Assembly: GCA_030390025.1 (NCBI GenBank)
Contig: CM059427.1
Location: 188,728,001-188,792,000 of the forward strand
Length of the DNA stretch: 64,000 nucleotides
DNA from: Squalus acanthias
Lineage: Eukaryota
Direction of reading: 5' to 3'
Part shown: one piece after another, positions 13,801 to 23,239 of the stretch
Layout of the letters: every line of letters begins with the position of its first letter
Numbering within the stretch: the first letter of the stretch is position 1
Notes under the pieces: generated by a model
What the model was told of the DNA's origin: nothing
Seen by the model: the letters and a program-made list of their open reading frames with translations, nothing else
The model's database searches: none
Made by a program: the position numbers and the translations under genes

Positions 13801-16800
13801 ACTGCCTGCCATTCTGAAAAGTACCCATTTACTCCTACTTTTTGTTTCCTGTGTGCCAACCAGTTCTCAATCCACGTCAACACATTACCCCCAATCCCAT
13901 GTGCTTTAACTTTGCTCACCAATCTCTTGTGTGGGACCTTGTCGAAGGCCTTCTGAAAGTCCAAATACACCACATCTACTGGTTCCCCCCTGTCCACCCT
14001 ATTGGAAACATCCTCAAAAAATTCCAGATGATTTGTCAAGCATGATTTCCCTTTCACAAATCCATGCTGACTTGGACCTATCATGTCGCCACTTTCCAAA
14101 TGGTCTGTTATGACATCTTTAATAATTGCTTCCATCATTTTACCCACGACCGATGTCAGGCTGACTGGTCTATAATTCCCTGCTTTCTCCCTCCCTCCTT
14201 TTTTAAAAAGAGCGGTTACATTGGCCACCCTCCACTCCATCGGAACTGATCCCCATTCTAAGGAATGTTGGAAAATGATCGTCAATGCATCCACTATTTC
14301 CAAGGCCACCTCCTTAAGTACTCTGGGATGCAGACCATCAGGCCCCGGGGATTTTTCAGCCTTCAGTCTCATCAATTTCCCCAATACCTTTTCCCGACTA
14401 ATAAGGATTTCCCTCAGCTCCTCCCTCTTACCAGATCCTCTGACCCCTTTTATTTCCGGCAGGTTGTGGGTGTCCTCCACAGTAAACACCGAACCAAAGT
14501 ACTTGTTCAATTGATTAGCCATTTCCTTGTTCCCCATTACGACTTCCCCTGTTTCCGACTGAAGGGGACCGACGTTTGTTTTTACTAACCTCTTTCTTTT
14601 TACATATTTATAGAAGCTTTTGCAGTCCATTTTAATGTTCTCTGCAAGCTTCCTTTCATATTTTATTTTCCCTGCCCTAATCAAACCCTTCGTCCTCCTC
14701 TGCTGAGTTTTGAAGTTTTCCCAGTCCCCGGGTTTGCTGCTACTTCTGGCCAATTTGTATGCAACTTCCTTGGTTTTAATACTATCCCTGATTTCCCTTG
14801 TTAGCCATGGTTGAGCCACCTTCCATTTTTTATTTTTACGCCAGACTGGGATGTACAACTGTTGTAGTTCATCCATGCGATCTCTAAATGTCTGCCATTG
14901 CCCTTCCACTGATAGCCCTTTAAATATCGCTTGCCAATTTAACCTCGCCAATTCACGCCTCATACCCTCAAAGTTGCCCTTATTTAAGTTCTGGACCATG
15001 GTCTCTGACTTAACTGTTTCCTTCTCCATCCTAATGTAGAACTCCACCATACTATGGTCACTCTTCCCCAGGGGGCCTCGTACCACAAGATTGCTGATTA
15101 GTCCTTCCTCATTACACAACACCCAGTCCAGGATGGCCTCCCCTCGAGTTGGTTCCTCAACATATTGGTTTAGGAAACCATCCCTTAAACACTCCAGGAA
15201 ATCCTCCTCCACCGTATTGCTTCCAGTTTGAGTAGCCCAATCTATATGCATATTAAAGTCACCCATGATAACTGCCGTGCCTTTTTTGCACGCACCTCTG
15301 ATTTCCTGTTTCATACCCTCCCCCACCTCACTACTGCTGTTTGGAGGTCTGTACACAACTCCCACTACCGTTTTCTGCCCTTTGGTGTTCTGCAGCTCAA
15401 CCCATATTGATTCCACATCCTCCAAGCTGATGTCCTTCCTAGCTATTGCATTAATCTCCTCTTTAACCAGCAATGCTACCCCACCCACTTTTCCTTTTAT
15501 TCTATCCTTTCTGAATGTTGAATACCCCTGGATGTTCAGTTCCCAGCCTTGATTGTTCTGGAGCCACGTCTCTGTAATCTTAATCACATCGTATCCGTTA
15601 ACATCTATTTGCACAGTCAATTCATCCACCTCATTACGGATACTCCTTGCATTAAGACACAGAGCCTTTAGGCTTGTTTTATTAACATCCTTTGTCCTTT
15701 TAGACTTATGATTTAGTATGGCCCTTTGTGTTTCTTGCCTTTGTTTACTCGGCCTTCCCCTATTGTTTCTCACCCTTCTAACATTTGTTTCTGACTGCAT
15801 ATTACTTCCCCCTGTTTCACTACATAGGTTCCCATTCCCCTGCCATATTAGTTTAAATCCTCCCGAACTGCTTTAGCAAATATTACCCCGAGGACATCGG
15901 TTCCAGTCCTGCCCAAGTGCAGACCGTCCCTTTTGTACAGGTCCCACTTCCCCCAGAACTGGTTCCAATGCCTCAGGAATTTGAATCCCTCCCTCCTGCA
16001 CCACTGCTCAAGCCACATATTCAATCTCACTATCCTGTTCTCTCTATTCTGATTAGCAGCTCTTTATTTCCAGATTTATTTTTTAAACTGAATTCAAATT
16101 CTCAAACTGCCGTGGTGGGATTTCAACTCACGTTCTCTGGATTATTAGTCCAAGCTTCTGGTCCTCAAGATGTCCTATAGCAATTCACAGCCAATCAATT
16201 ATATTTGAAGTGTAGTTACTGTTGTTATCGAGGCAAACATAGCAATCAAATTGATCTAATGAAGATCCTGCAACAGTAAATGAGATGAATGATCACCTAG
16301 TCTGTTTCTTGGTGCTGTTGGTTGATGGAGAAATTTTGGCCAGGACACTGGAAGAACTCTGTGCATGCTTTGATCTTTGACGCCCAACTGAACGGACAGA
16401 CAGAGTCTAATTTTAATATCCTATTCACCTCTGACAATGCAGCACTGAGGTATCAGCCTAGATTATGTGCTCATGTCCGAGGGCTGGATTTTGCCAATGG
16501 GGAGCTTTTGGAGGCGGGATTCCCACTTGTCGGGTTTCAGTCCCGCCTCCATCAACTTCTGGCCAACCCACGCTATTTTCCCTTGATTGACCTTGTTAAA
16601 CCCGCCCAGCGTCAGCGTATGACGTTTCATCTGTCAAAAATTTTTGACAGATGAATTGTCATCGTTTGACAGGTCTGTGAAGCTGTCAAACACTGACATT
16701 CTCTGTAGTTTGGTGAGTTCTTGAATTCAAGACCTCATCAAACCTCTTTCTTTTGCAAAAATTAGATGGTTGTTGCATTGGAGAATGCAACGGCCATCTG

Positions 16801-19800
16801 TCATCTCTAACGCGGAGGTGCGAGACTCTCCACATACTCACCGACTGAAGCCTGCAGGAAGAAACAAAGGTAAGTACACTTTTTCTAACACTTTCCACTT
16901 ACCTCACATACTCACCTCTCCACACTTGCACCCATCACTTATCTTCACAGCGCACTTTTGGACCCCGCAGACCCCCGCAGACCCACTACTCACCTCGGTG
17001 ACCGTGGCGGGTTTCGAAACCTTCGGGAAGCCAGCACTTGTGTGGGCAAAATGGGAATAATCCTCTTATCTGCCTGTTTACTACCTGTTAACAGGCAGTT
17101 AAGTGGCTGTAATCCCTTCCCGCCTCCAAGGAGACAGGACCCGGCGCGGGACGGCTTCCCACCTCCTTGCAAGATGGCACGGAGGCGGGTTGGGTACGGG
17201 TTGGGCACCCGGCCCAAGATTCTGCCATTTTCCCGGCAGTCCCGTCTCCAAACCCGCCTCCGCAGGGCTGGCAAAATCCAGCCCCTGAAGTGGGGCTTGA
17301 ACCCACAACCTTCAACAACAAGTGAATAAAAACAGAAAATGCTGGAAATACTCAGCAGGTCAGGCAGCATCAAATGAATAAGTTGGCCTGCAATGTATCA
17401 CCAAGTCTATATCTAGGGTTAACAGAGATATCAATGATATCTTGTCACAATGTCTTTCATACTTAACAAAACCTATCTGTGCTAATGGTCCATTTTAAAA
17501 CTGAGTTTGCTTATTAGAATGCCTGAAATTTATAAGGAAAGCTGAATGCATTTTCATAGGTGACCTCTGTATGAACAGGTTTGGGAAATCAAAGACAGAA
17601 ACCTCTGCAACCAGGAGAAAATATAGAAGATGCATCTCCGGTTTATTCAAATGCTAATGAAATGCATCAAATGCCAGGTAATATTTAAACACTAATAACA
17701 TAGTAGGAGTTTTACAAGTGCTGTGCTCCATTTGTTCATAGTATTATGAATCCCCTTTGTAATTTTCAGTTACACTTAAAAGACACTCAAACACAGAAAT
17801 GATGTGCCTTTATTCTGTCACATCCAAATATCCTGTAGAATCCTTCATAATCACTTCCCATTTTAATGATGTCTTCATTGCAGACTCTTCTTATTAAGCT
17901 TAGATCCTCGGATGCCGTGGGACATAAACTACTCAAAGATCACAATTATCAGCTCTTCCTAAACAACACCCAGGAGTAAGATTACTGCTGGTGAGACTGG
18001 TCGCAGTTACCCATCCAAAAACCTGTTGAAGCTCATTCATTGAAAGTATTTGGAACTCAAGACTGGGAATTAATCTGGAACCTTCTACAATATTATTTTA
18101 TGTCATGATGTGATTTCAATTATTTGTCATACTTCATATAAATTTGCAGGGTTACGGGGAAAGGGCGGGGGAGTGGGACTAGCTGAAGTGCTCTTGCAGA
18201 GAGTCGGCATGGGCTCGACGGGCCGAATGGCCTTCTTCCGTGCTGTAACCATTCTATGATTCTACGATTCTATATGCATGGCATTTTACAACAACAACAA
18301 CTTGTATTTATATAGCGCGTTTAACGTATTAAAACATCCCAAGGCGCATCACATGAGGGTCATCAAACAAAGTTTGACACCGAGCCACATGAGGAGATAT
18401 AGGGCAGATGGTCAAAAGCTTGGTCAAAGATTAGGCTTTAAGGAGCGTCTTGAAGGAGGAACAAGAGGTAGAGAGGCGTAGAGGTTTAGGGAGGGAATTC
18501 CAGAGCTTAGGGCGTTCGCAGCTGAAGGCAAGGCTGCCAATGGTGGAGCAATTAAAATCGGGGACATAAGAGCATAAGAACTTTAGAAATAGGAGCAGGA
18601 GTCGGCCATTCGGCCCCTCGAACCTGCTCTGCCATTCAATAAGATCATGGCTGATCTTCTACCTCATCTCCACTTTCCTGCACTATCCCCATATCCCTTG
18701 ATTCCATAATATCCAAAAATCTATCGATCTCTGTCTTGAATATGTTCAACGACTGAGCATCTACAGCCCTCTGGGGTAGAGAATTCCAAAGATTCACCAC
18801 CCTATGAGTGAAGAAATTTCTCCTCATCTCAGTCCTAAATGGCTGACCCCTTATTCTGAGACTGTGACCCCTGGTTCTAGACTCCCCAGCCAGGGGAAAC
18901 ATCGACCCTGTCAAGCCCTGTAAGTATTTCTATGTTTCAATGAGATCACCCCCTTATTCTTCTAAACTCTAGAGAATACAGGCCTAGTCTACTCAATCTG
19001 TCCTCATAGGACAATCCCCCCATCCCAGGAACCAGTCTGGTGAACCTTTGTTACACTCCCTCTATGGCAAATATATCCTTCCCTAGGTAAGGAGACCAAA
19101 ACTGTACACAATACTCCAGGTGTGGTCTCATCAGGGCCCTATATAATTGCAATAAGATGTCTTTACTCTTATACTCAAATCCTCTTGTAATAAAGGCCAA
19201 TATATCATTTGTTTTCCTAATTGTTTGCCGTACCTGCATGTTAACATTCAGCGATTCGTGAACAAGGACACCAGGTTCCTCTGACCACCAACATTTCCGA
19301 ATCTCTCACTGTTTAAAAAATACTCTGCTTTTTGAAGAGTCCAGCATTGGAGGAGCGCAGATACCTCAGAGGGTTGTAGGGCTGGAGGGGATTACAGAGA
19401 AAGGGAGGGGCGAGGCCATGGATGGATTTGAAAACAAGGATGAGAATTTTAAAATCATTACTTAACCAGGATCAAATTTAGCCAATTTTAACATAGTCCA
19501 ATCTTCATTAGGAGACTTTCAAACCATTAAAATTAATATAACACATCACACAGCAATAGCCTATGCTAGTTTAAATCTCACTTATCGTGTTATAGTTTGC
19601 TGTGTCTCCCAATTCACAGTGTGATTAATAGCTGCATTTTGAGTCCTTAACACTTCCCCTCTAAAAGAGAGCTCACACATTTCCTCAGATATCACCCGAC
19701 AACCATTAGATTCCTCCAAAACACGTCACAAATACTCTAGTGTTTCTAAAACCACTCGAGACAACTAGTGCCAAAGATTCAGAACGCCATGAATATCTTT

Positions 19801-22800
19801 TTTAGACATTAATGTTTCCTCTTAAGGCTGATCCCACTTTCCTGATCATTCGAATATATCTCATGAGCAATGGAGCAGTTTTTTATAAATGCCTGATACA
19901 GCTTTTTGAAAATCAGGCCATGATAATCTATTAATCAGAAAAACATTTTTTTCCAAGGAGACAACGAGACGCCGGTGCCTGAGACAAGTAGATTTGCTGA
20001 ATATGCAACTGTCAGTGGAAAGGCAAATGAAGACGGTAAGTAGATGAATCATATTATGTGGCTCTATCAGTGGAGGTATTGTTAACATAGAAACTGACAG
20101 ATTTCATTGAGTTAAAATGTTGGTTCTAGATTAATACTTTGGCTCGGAAGCTCTTCAGAGAGGCAATGATAAATTCTGAGATATTTTAACAGTGTTTAGT
20201 AAAATAGATCTTTGTGATGCTGGTGCACAATAAAAGAATTCAAGCACAATACAGCAGCCTATTTAATCAGTCATTTTAGTCATTGTGTAGATCACAAGTT
20301 TGGAATAGGAATGGCTGTTTAGAAATAATATGAATCACTAAAATAAAGTAAACAAGTAGCATCAAGTGCGGATGTCAGGATCAGGCTTGGCTTTGAGACT
20401 CCACATGATCATATAGCTTCCCAACACTTCATATCCAGACTCACAGATGAAGAATCAATATTTGAGTTAATTACTGGAGGACTGTCAGTACTTGTGGAAC
20501 CAGAACTGAGTGAGAGTCAGAAGAGGTGGGAGTAAAGAGAATAAAGAGTAATGCTGGAAAAGATATAATGATCAGCGAGCTATGTTTTTAATTTACATTG
20601 TTTAGTAAATCTGCACCAATAGATCTACGGTGTTGATGCTCCAATTTATGAGTCAACTTGGCAGCACTGTCACTTCAGAGACAGAAAGTTGTGGGTTCAA
20701 GCCCCACTTCAGACTTTGAGCGTGTACTCTAGACTGACACTTCAGGGGGAAGACTGCATTTTTGAAAGTGTTGTTTTTCAGTTGAGAACTGTTTAGGTGC
20801 ATGTTAAAAATACCATCGTATCATTTGAAGGAGAGCAGGAAGTTGTCCTGACAAAAATTCTTCCCTCAACTAACAGCACCACAAGAGATTAACTGGTTGT
20901 TATCTCATTTCCTGCTTTTGGGACCTTGAATAGTGTTTGTTTACCGAACAACAGTACTTACACTTTAAAAGTAATTCATTACTTGCTTTGGGATATGTTC
21001 AGGCTCTATATATATATATATAGATATATATAGATGCAAATTCTTTATTTTCATCTTATTCTCTGCAGACATAGAAAGAGAAGATATTCATTATGGATCT
21101 ATCGCTTTTCAGAAAGAAGCAACAGGTTGTGAAAACTAACATTTTTATTTTTATTTTCATTTTTTGTGTTAATCCAGGTGATGAATGTTAGTGCTGGGTA
21201 ATAAAACTCATTACATTTAGGCCCCTCATGTCAACATCAGGCACTCCTCGGGTAAAGCTCCTCATACTCTGCCCTGTCAAAGGGCCCCATCGCCAACCTC
21301 AGAAGGGCACCAGTGGGCCATTTTTCCATTTGCCACACACATACATCTTGTGCCCTCTGTCAGTGAAATTGTCAATAATGTTGAATTAGAGAAAGTATTG
21401 TGCTGCAGGTCTGTTCCTAGTAGGAACTGCTCTGAGACTGTAGAACTGGAAACAACAAATATTAACGTACCTCAACAGTAAGACACAGTATTGTGGTGAC
21501 TACGGTACAGGACTAAAAACCGGAAAGTCAGGAGTTCCAATCCTACCATGGTATGCTGTGAAACTGAATCAAATATGTCTCACAATTTGTAGGGCAGCAC
21601 CAGGGAACTCCAGATAATTGGGTTTACTATTGTCCTTCAGGGAAAGGCACCTGCCTTGTGGCTTAAATGGGTCTCTAATCCACACTATGTAGTTAATGCT
21701 TACTGCTCTCCGAAGCATATAATTGCTTCAGGAAGAATGTCCACGGCCGCCTTAGGGCAACTAGGGATGGGCAATAAATGTGACTCTCATCAGGGTCATC
21801 CACATCCTGAGAATAAACATATAAAATGGTGAAGGATGGCGAAGGGCCCTTAAGACCAATGCCTTCTCCTGCACAGACAATAAAGCAATGTAACTGTTGG
21901 CGATATTGCATAATTTATTAATAGAATCAGTAGTGTCTTTCCAATTGGAACTTTTTCTAGAAAAAAGTTGATGTGATAGACAACCACTTTAGTGCAACTA
22001 TTTTTAAACTAAATGTTGAAGTTATTTGCAATATGGAACCATAGTAAGAGGAAAACATCTGACATTTTGGAATCATATCACACCAAATATTGCACAGGTG
22101 GCATAGAAAGAAACTTTGTTCAGCCTTCTGACTGCCAGCTTGGCTTAGGGGTCGCCCTCTCACCTCTGAGAAAGAAGGTCATGGGTTCACACCTTGCTTG
22201 CTGCAATTTACACAGAGGGGACTGTTGCATTGTTGGAGGTGCGATGTCTCGAACAGTGACTAAACTATAAAAGTGTTTATTTTGCTTTGGGATGTCCTGA
22301 GGATGTGAAAGACACAGTAAAAATTCTTCCCAAGTTGATATAAGTAAAGCTGATTTTCCTATCAGTGGCGAGGAAACAATTATTCCCTGGGTCTTAATGC
22401 TAGGAAAAGGGGCGGTGATCTATGACACGGGACCTCCATTCCTTTTATGTTGTCCCCATGCTTCAATGGAATTAAGACTGGAGGAGGAGTTCCGCTTCCT
22501 CCAGCCTCACTTTCCTGTGGTTTCATCCGAAGAGCACCCACTTCCAACAGCACCTGAACGAGCTAGCAGTGGGTCATGGAATCTCCCAACACTCATGGAA
22601 GTAGCTGAGTTCATTTATGATATTCCCAATGGCTCACTGTGTAAATGCTTAGAGTGGATTTGAGTCATACAGAGGCCAACTGGGTTCACCGTCCATCAAT
22701 GTCTTGCTGATCCATTGGCTGTACGAATGAAATGCAGTAAATTGTGAACATTTGTTTGCCAATTGTCAGATTTTTGTCAGTCCAGTCCATCAATGTTATC

Positions 22801-23084
22801 TTTTAATTGTGATGTTTGCAATTATCACAGGGTCCAGACATGGTACGCAGTGCAATAAGCAATCTTCAGAAACTGTAAGTATATCAATTGCTATTGGTGA
22901 AATCACATGACCTACAATATTAATATCTAACAAATTTGTAAAGTTGTTATCTGATGTAAAGAGATGCAATAATAGATCACTTTATTATAACTGGTTAATT
23001 TCACTCTTGCAGAACCTGGCTGCTTCAAAGGAAGATGATTCATCTGTCATCTATGCACAAATAGCACAAGCACAATATAAATGA
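4482..23084 (+). CDS. Gene A (5'-partial): CD4/LAG-3/G6F-related Ig-superfamily transmembrane receptor with ITIM/ITSM/YxN tail; join(4482..4814,4893..5162,7907..8014,17579..17677,19958..20035,21069..21125,22831..22874,23013..23084)
   Basis: Eight exons with AG/GT boundaries join in one open frame ending in TGA at 23082-23084 (phase 1 throughout, phase 0 before the last exon). Four of the exons match gene B in size or nearly so (333, 270 vs 273, 108 vs 102, 44 nt). Leader, D1 and D2 must lie upstream of the window. Confidence 0.88.
4893..5162 (+). CDS. Gene A exon, Ig C2-like domain D4
   Basis: acacag|TCACA...AGTG|gtaagt. VTAEPSDAVTEGDTVTLTCSVS..LVW..GNWICALF has the WxC F-strand motif. Confidence 0.93.
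5556..6942. mobile_element. Degenerate Harbinger-family element with Myb/SANT-like ORF remnant
   Basis: ORF 5760-6176 (APRLSHDSLHVLMEGV..LFP..AWLHIA..RTWVQCHKCFNNL) parallels Myb exon 1 of the element at 45020-45256. Right end is AAAATTCAGCCC-TTA; left boundary approximate. Confidence 0.7.
7907..8014 (+). CDS. Gene A transmembrane exon
   Basis: tgacag|GTGAT...GCAG|gtaaga. DYTFKHIIVVIFGSLALLLIIILAVVLCLRKCKVA is an uncharged TM followed by a basic, Cys-containing stop-transfer segment. Confidence 0.9.
8270..8692 (-). mobile_element. L2-type LINE 3' fragment
   Basis: [38 protein letters not shown] and an ACA-repeat tail. Related fragments at about 18287-19460 (split), 36790-38980 (split) and 48068-48448. 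Confidence 0.8.
9561..10303. mobile_element. Non-autonomous Harbinger-type MITE
   Basis: 12-bp TIR GGGCTGGATTTT / AAAATCCAGCCC flanked by TTT on both sides (3-bp TSD). Confidence 0.75.
10623..12474 (-). mobile_element. 5'-truncated CR1 LINE, near-identical to 12763-16048
   Basis: RT ORFs 11155-12498 and 10724-11182 separated by a 1-bp frameshift; (TTTCTATG)n tail. Confidence 0.95.
12763..16048 (-). mobile_element. Young CR1 LINE with complete ORF2 and the 3' end of ORF1
   Basis: ORF2 plus an ORF1 esterase-like C-terminus (WCRREGF..DGLHL, 15848-16030) and a (TTTCTATG)n tail. Possible CTGAT TSD; it interrupts an older repeat. Confidence 0.95.
12864..15800 (-). CDS. CR1 ORF2, APE endonuclease plus reverse transcriptase (978 aa, uninterrupted)
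   Basis: NARS, ETW, YRPP, GDFN, SDH endonuclease motifs; PQGSVLGP and FADD RT motifs. Confidence 0.93.
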   Translation of the reverse strand: MQSETNVRRVRNNRGRPSKQRQETQRAILNHKSKRTKDVNKTSLKALCLNARSIRNEVDELTVQIDVNGYDVIKITETWLQNNQGWELNIQGYSTFRKDRIKGKVGGVALLVKEEINAIARKDISLEDVESIWVELQNTKGQKTVVGVVYRPPNSSSEVGEGMKQEIRGACKKGTAVIMGDFNMHIDWATQTGSNTVEEDFLECLRDGFLNQYVEEPTRGEAILDWVLCNEEGLISNLVVRGPLGKSDHSMVEFYIRMEKETVKSETMVQNLNKGNFEGMRRELARLNWQAIFKGLSVEGQWQTFRDRMDELQQLYIPVWRKNKKWKVAQPWLTREIRDSIKTKEVAYKLARSSSKPGDWENFKTQQRRTKGLIRAGKIKYERKLAENIKMDCKSFYKYVKRKRLVKTNVGPLQSETGEVVMGNKEMANQLNKYFGSVFTVEDTHNLPEIKGVRGSGKREELREILISREKVLGKLMRLKAEKSPGPDGLHPRVLKEVALEIVDALTIIFQHSLEWGSVPMEWRVANVTALFKKGGREKAGNYRPVSLTSVVGKMMEAIIKDVITDHLESGDMIGPSQHGFVKGKSCLTNHLEFFEDVSNRVDRGEPVDVVYLDFQKAFDKVPHKRLVSKVKAHGIGGNVLTWIENWLAHRKQKVGVNGYFSEWQAVTSGVPQGSVLGPQLFTLYINDLDKGIKCNISKFADDTKLGGSVNNEEDARRLQSDLDRLGEWANVWQMKNNVDKCEVIHFGGKNREADYYLNGGRLGKGEVQRDLGVMVHQSLKVGMQVQQAVKKANGMMAYIVRGFEYRSREVMLQLYRALVRPHLEYCVQFWSPNLRKDILAIEGVQRRFTRLIPGMAGLTYQERLGQLNLYPLEFRRMRGDLMETFKILTGLDKLDAGRMFPMLGKTRTSGHSLRIKGKPFKTELRRNFFTQRVVNLWNSLPQKVVEASSLNIFKRELDITLTTRGIKGYGEKAGMVY
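16481..17284. mobile_element. Harbinger-type MITE nested in a SacSINE1-like SINE
   Basis: 16-bp TIR GGGCTGGATTTTGCCA. The flanks (about 16175-16480 and 17285-17312) are contiguous parts of a minus-strand SINE. Confidence 0.75.
17579..17677 (+). CDS. Gene A cytoplasmic exon 1 (PVYSN, YxN motif)
   Basis: gaacag|GTTTG...CCAG|gtaata. 99 nt, phase 1-1, GLGNQRQKPLQPGENIEDASPVYSNANEMHQMP. Confidence 0.75.
18565..19333 (-). mobile_element. CR1 3' fragment inserted in an L2 fragment
   Basis: [23 protein letters not shown] remnants; L2 sequence resumes at about 19335. Confidence 0.85.
19958..20035 (+). CDS. Gene A cytoplasmic exon 2 (AEYATV, ITIM/ITSM-like)
   Basis: ttttttccaag|GAGAC...GACG|gtaagt. 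78 nt, phase 1-1, GDNETPVPETSRFAEYATVSGKANED. Confidence 0.78.
20655..21005 (+). mobile_element. Degenerate SacSINE1/DeuSINE-like SINE
   Basis: tRNA-like head (GTGGGTTCAAGCCCCAC) and a body similar to 39312-39760. Confidence 0.6.
21069..21125 (+). CDS. Gene A cytoplasmic exon 3 (IHYGSI, ITIM)
   Basis: ctctgcag|ACATA...ACAG|gttgtg. DIEREDIHYGSIAFQKEAT aligns with gene [16 protein letters not shown]. Confidence 0.85.
22831..22874 (+). CDS. Gene A cytoplasmic exon 4 (44 nt spacer)
   Basis: atcacag|GGTCC...AACT|gtaagt. GSRHGTQCNKQSSET has the same length and phases as gene B 63680-63723. Confidence 0.85.
23013..23084 (+). CDS. Gene A terminal coding exon (SVIYAQI, ITIM/ITSM-like)
   Basis: cttgcag|AACCTG... 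NLAASKEDDSSVIYAQIAQAQYK* aligns with gene [20 protein letters not shown]. Confidence 0.87.
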   Translation, partial: NLAASKEDDSSVIYAQIAQAQYK

Positions 23085-23239
23085 TCTGCACAGGACAGAG
23101 AGGAAGAGCTTGGAGTTCGATATGTGGAATATAACATATTTGGGAATTGATACTTTTACCTGAGAACACATATGTAGCTTTCCTCCTATGCATTTACGGT
23201 TTAAATCAAACATGGTCATAGCAAATAATAATTCATATA

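Noticed and set aside
11447-15552. Numerous + strand ORFs overlapping the CR1 copies
   Set aside because: Antisense shadows of ORF2, repeated in each copy.
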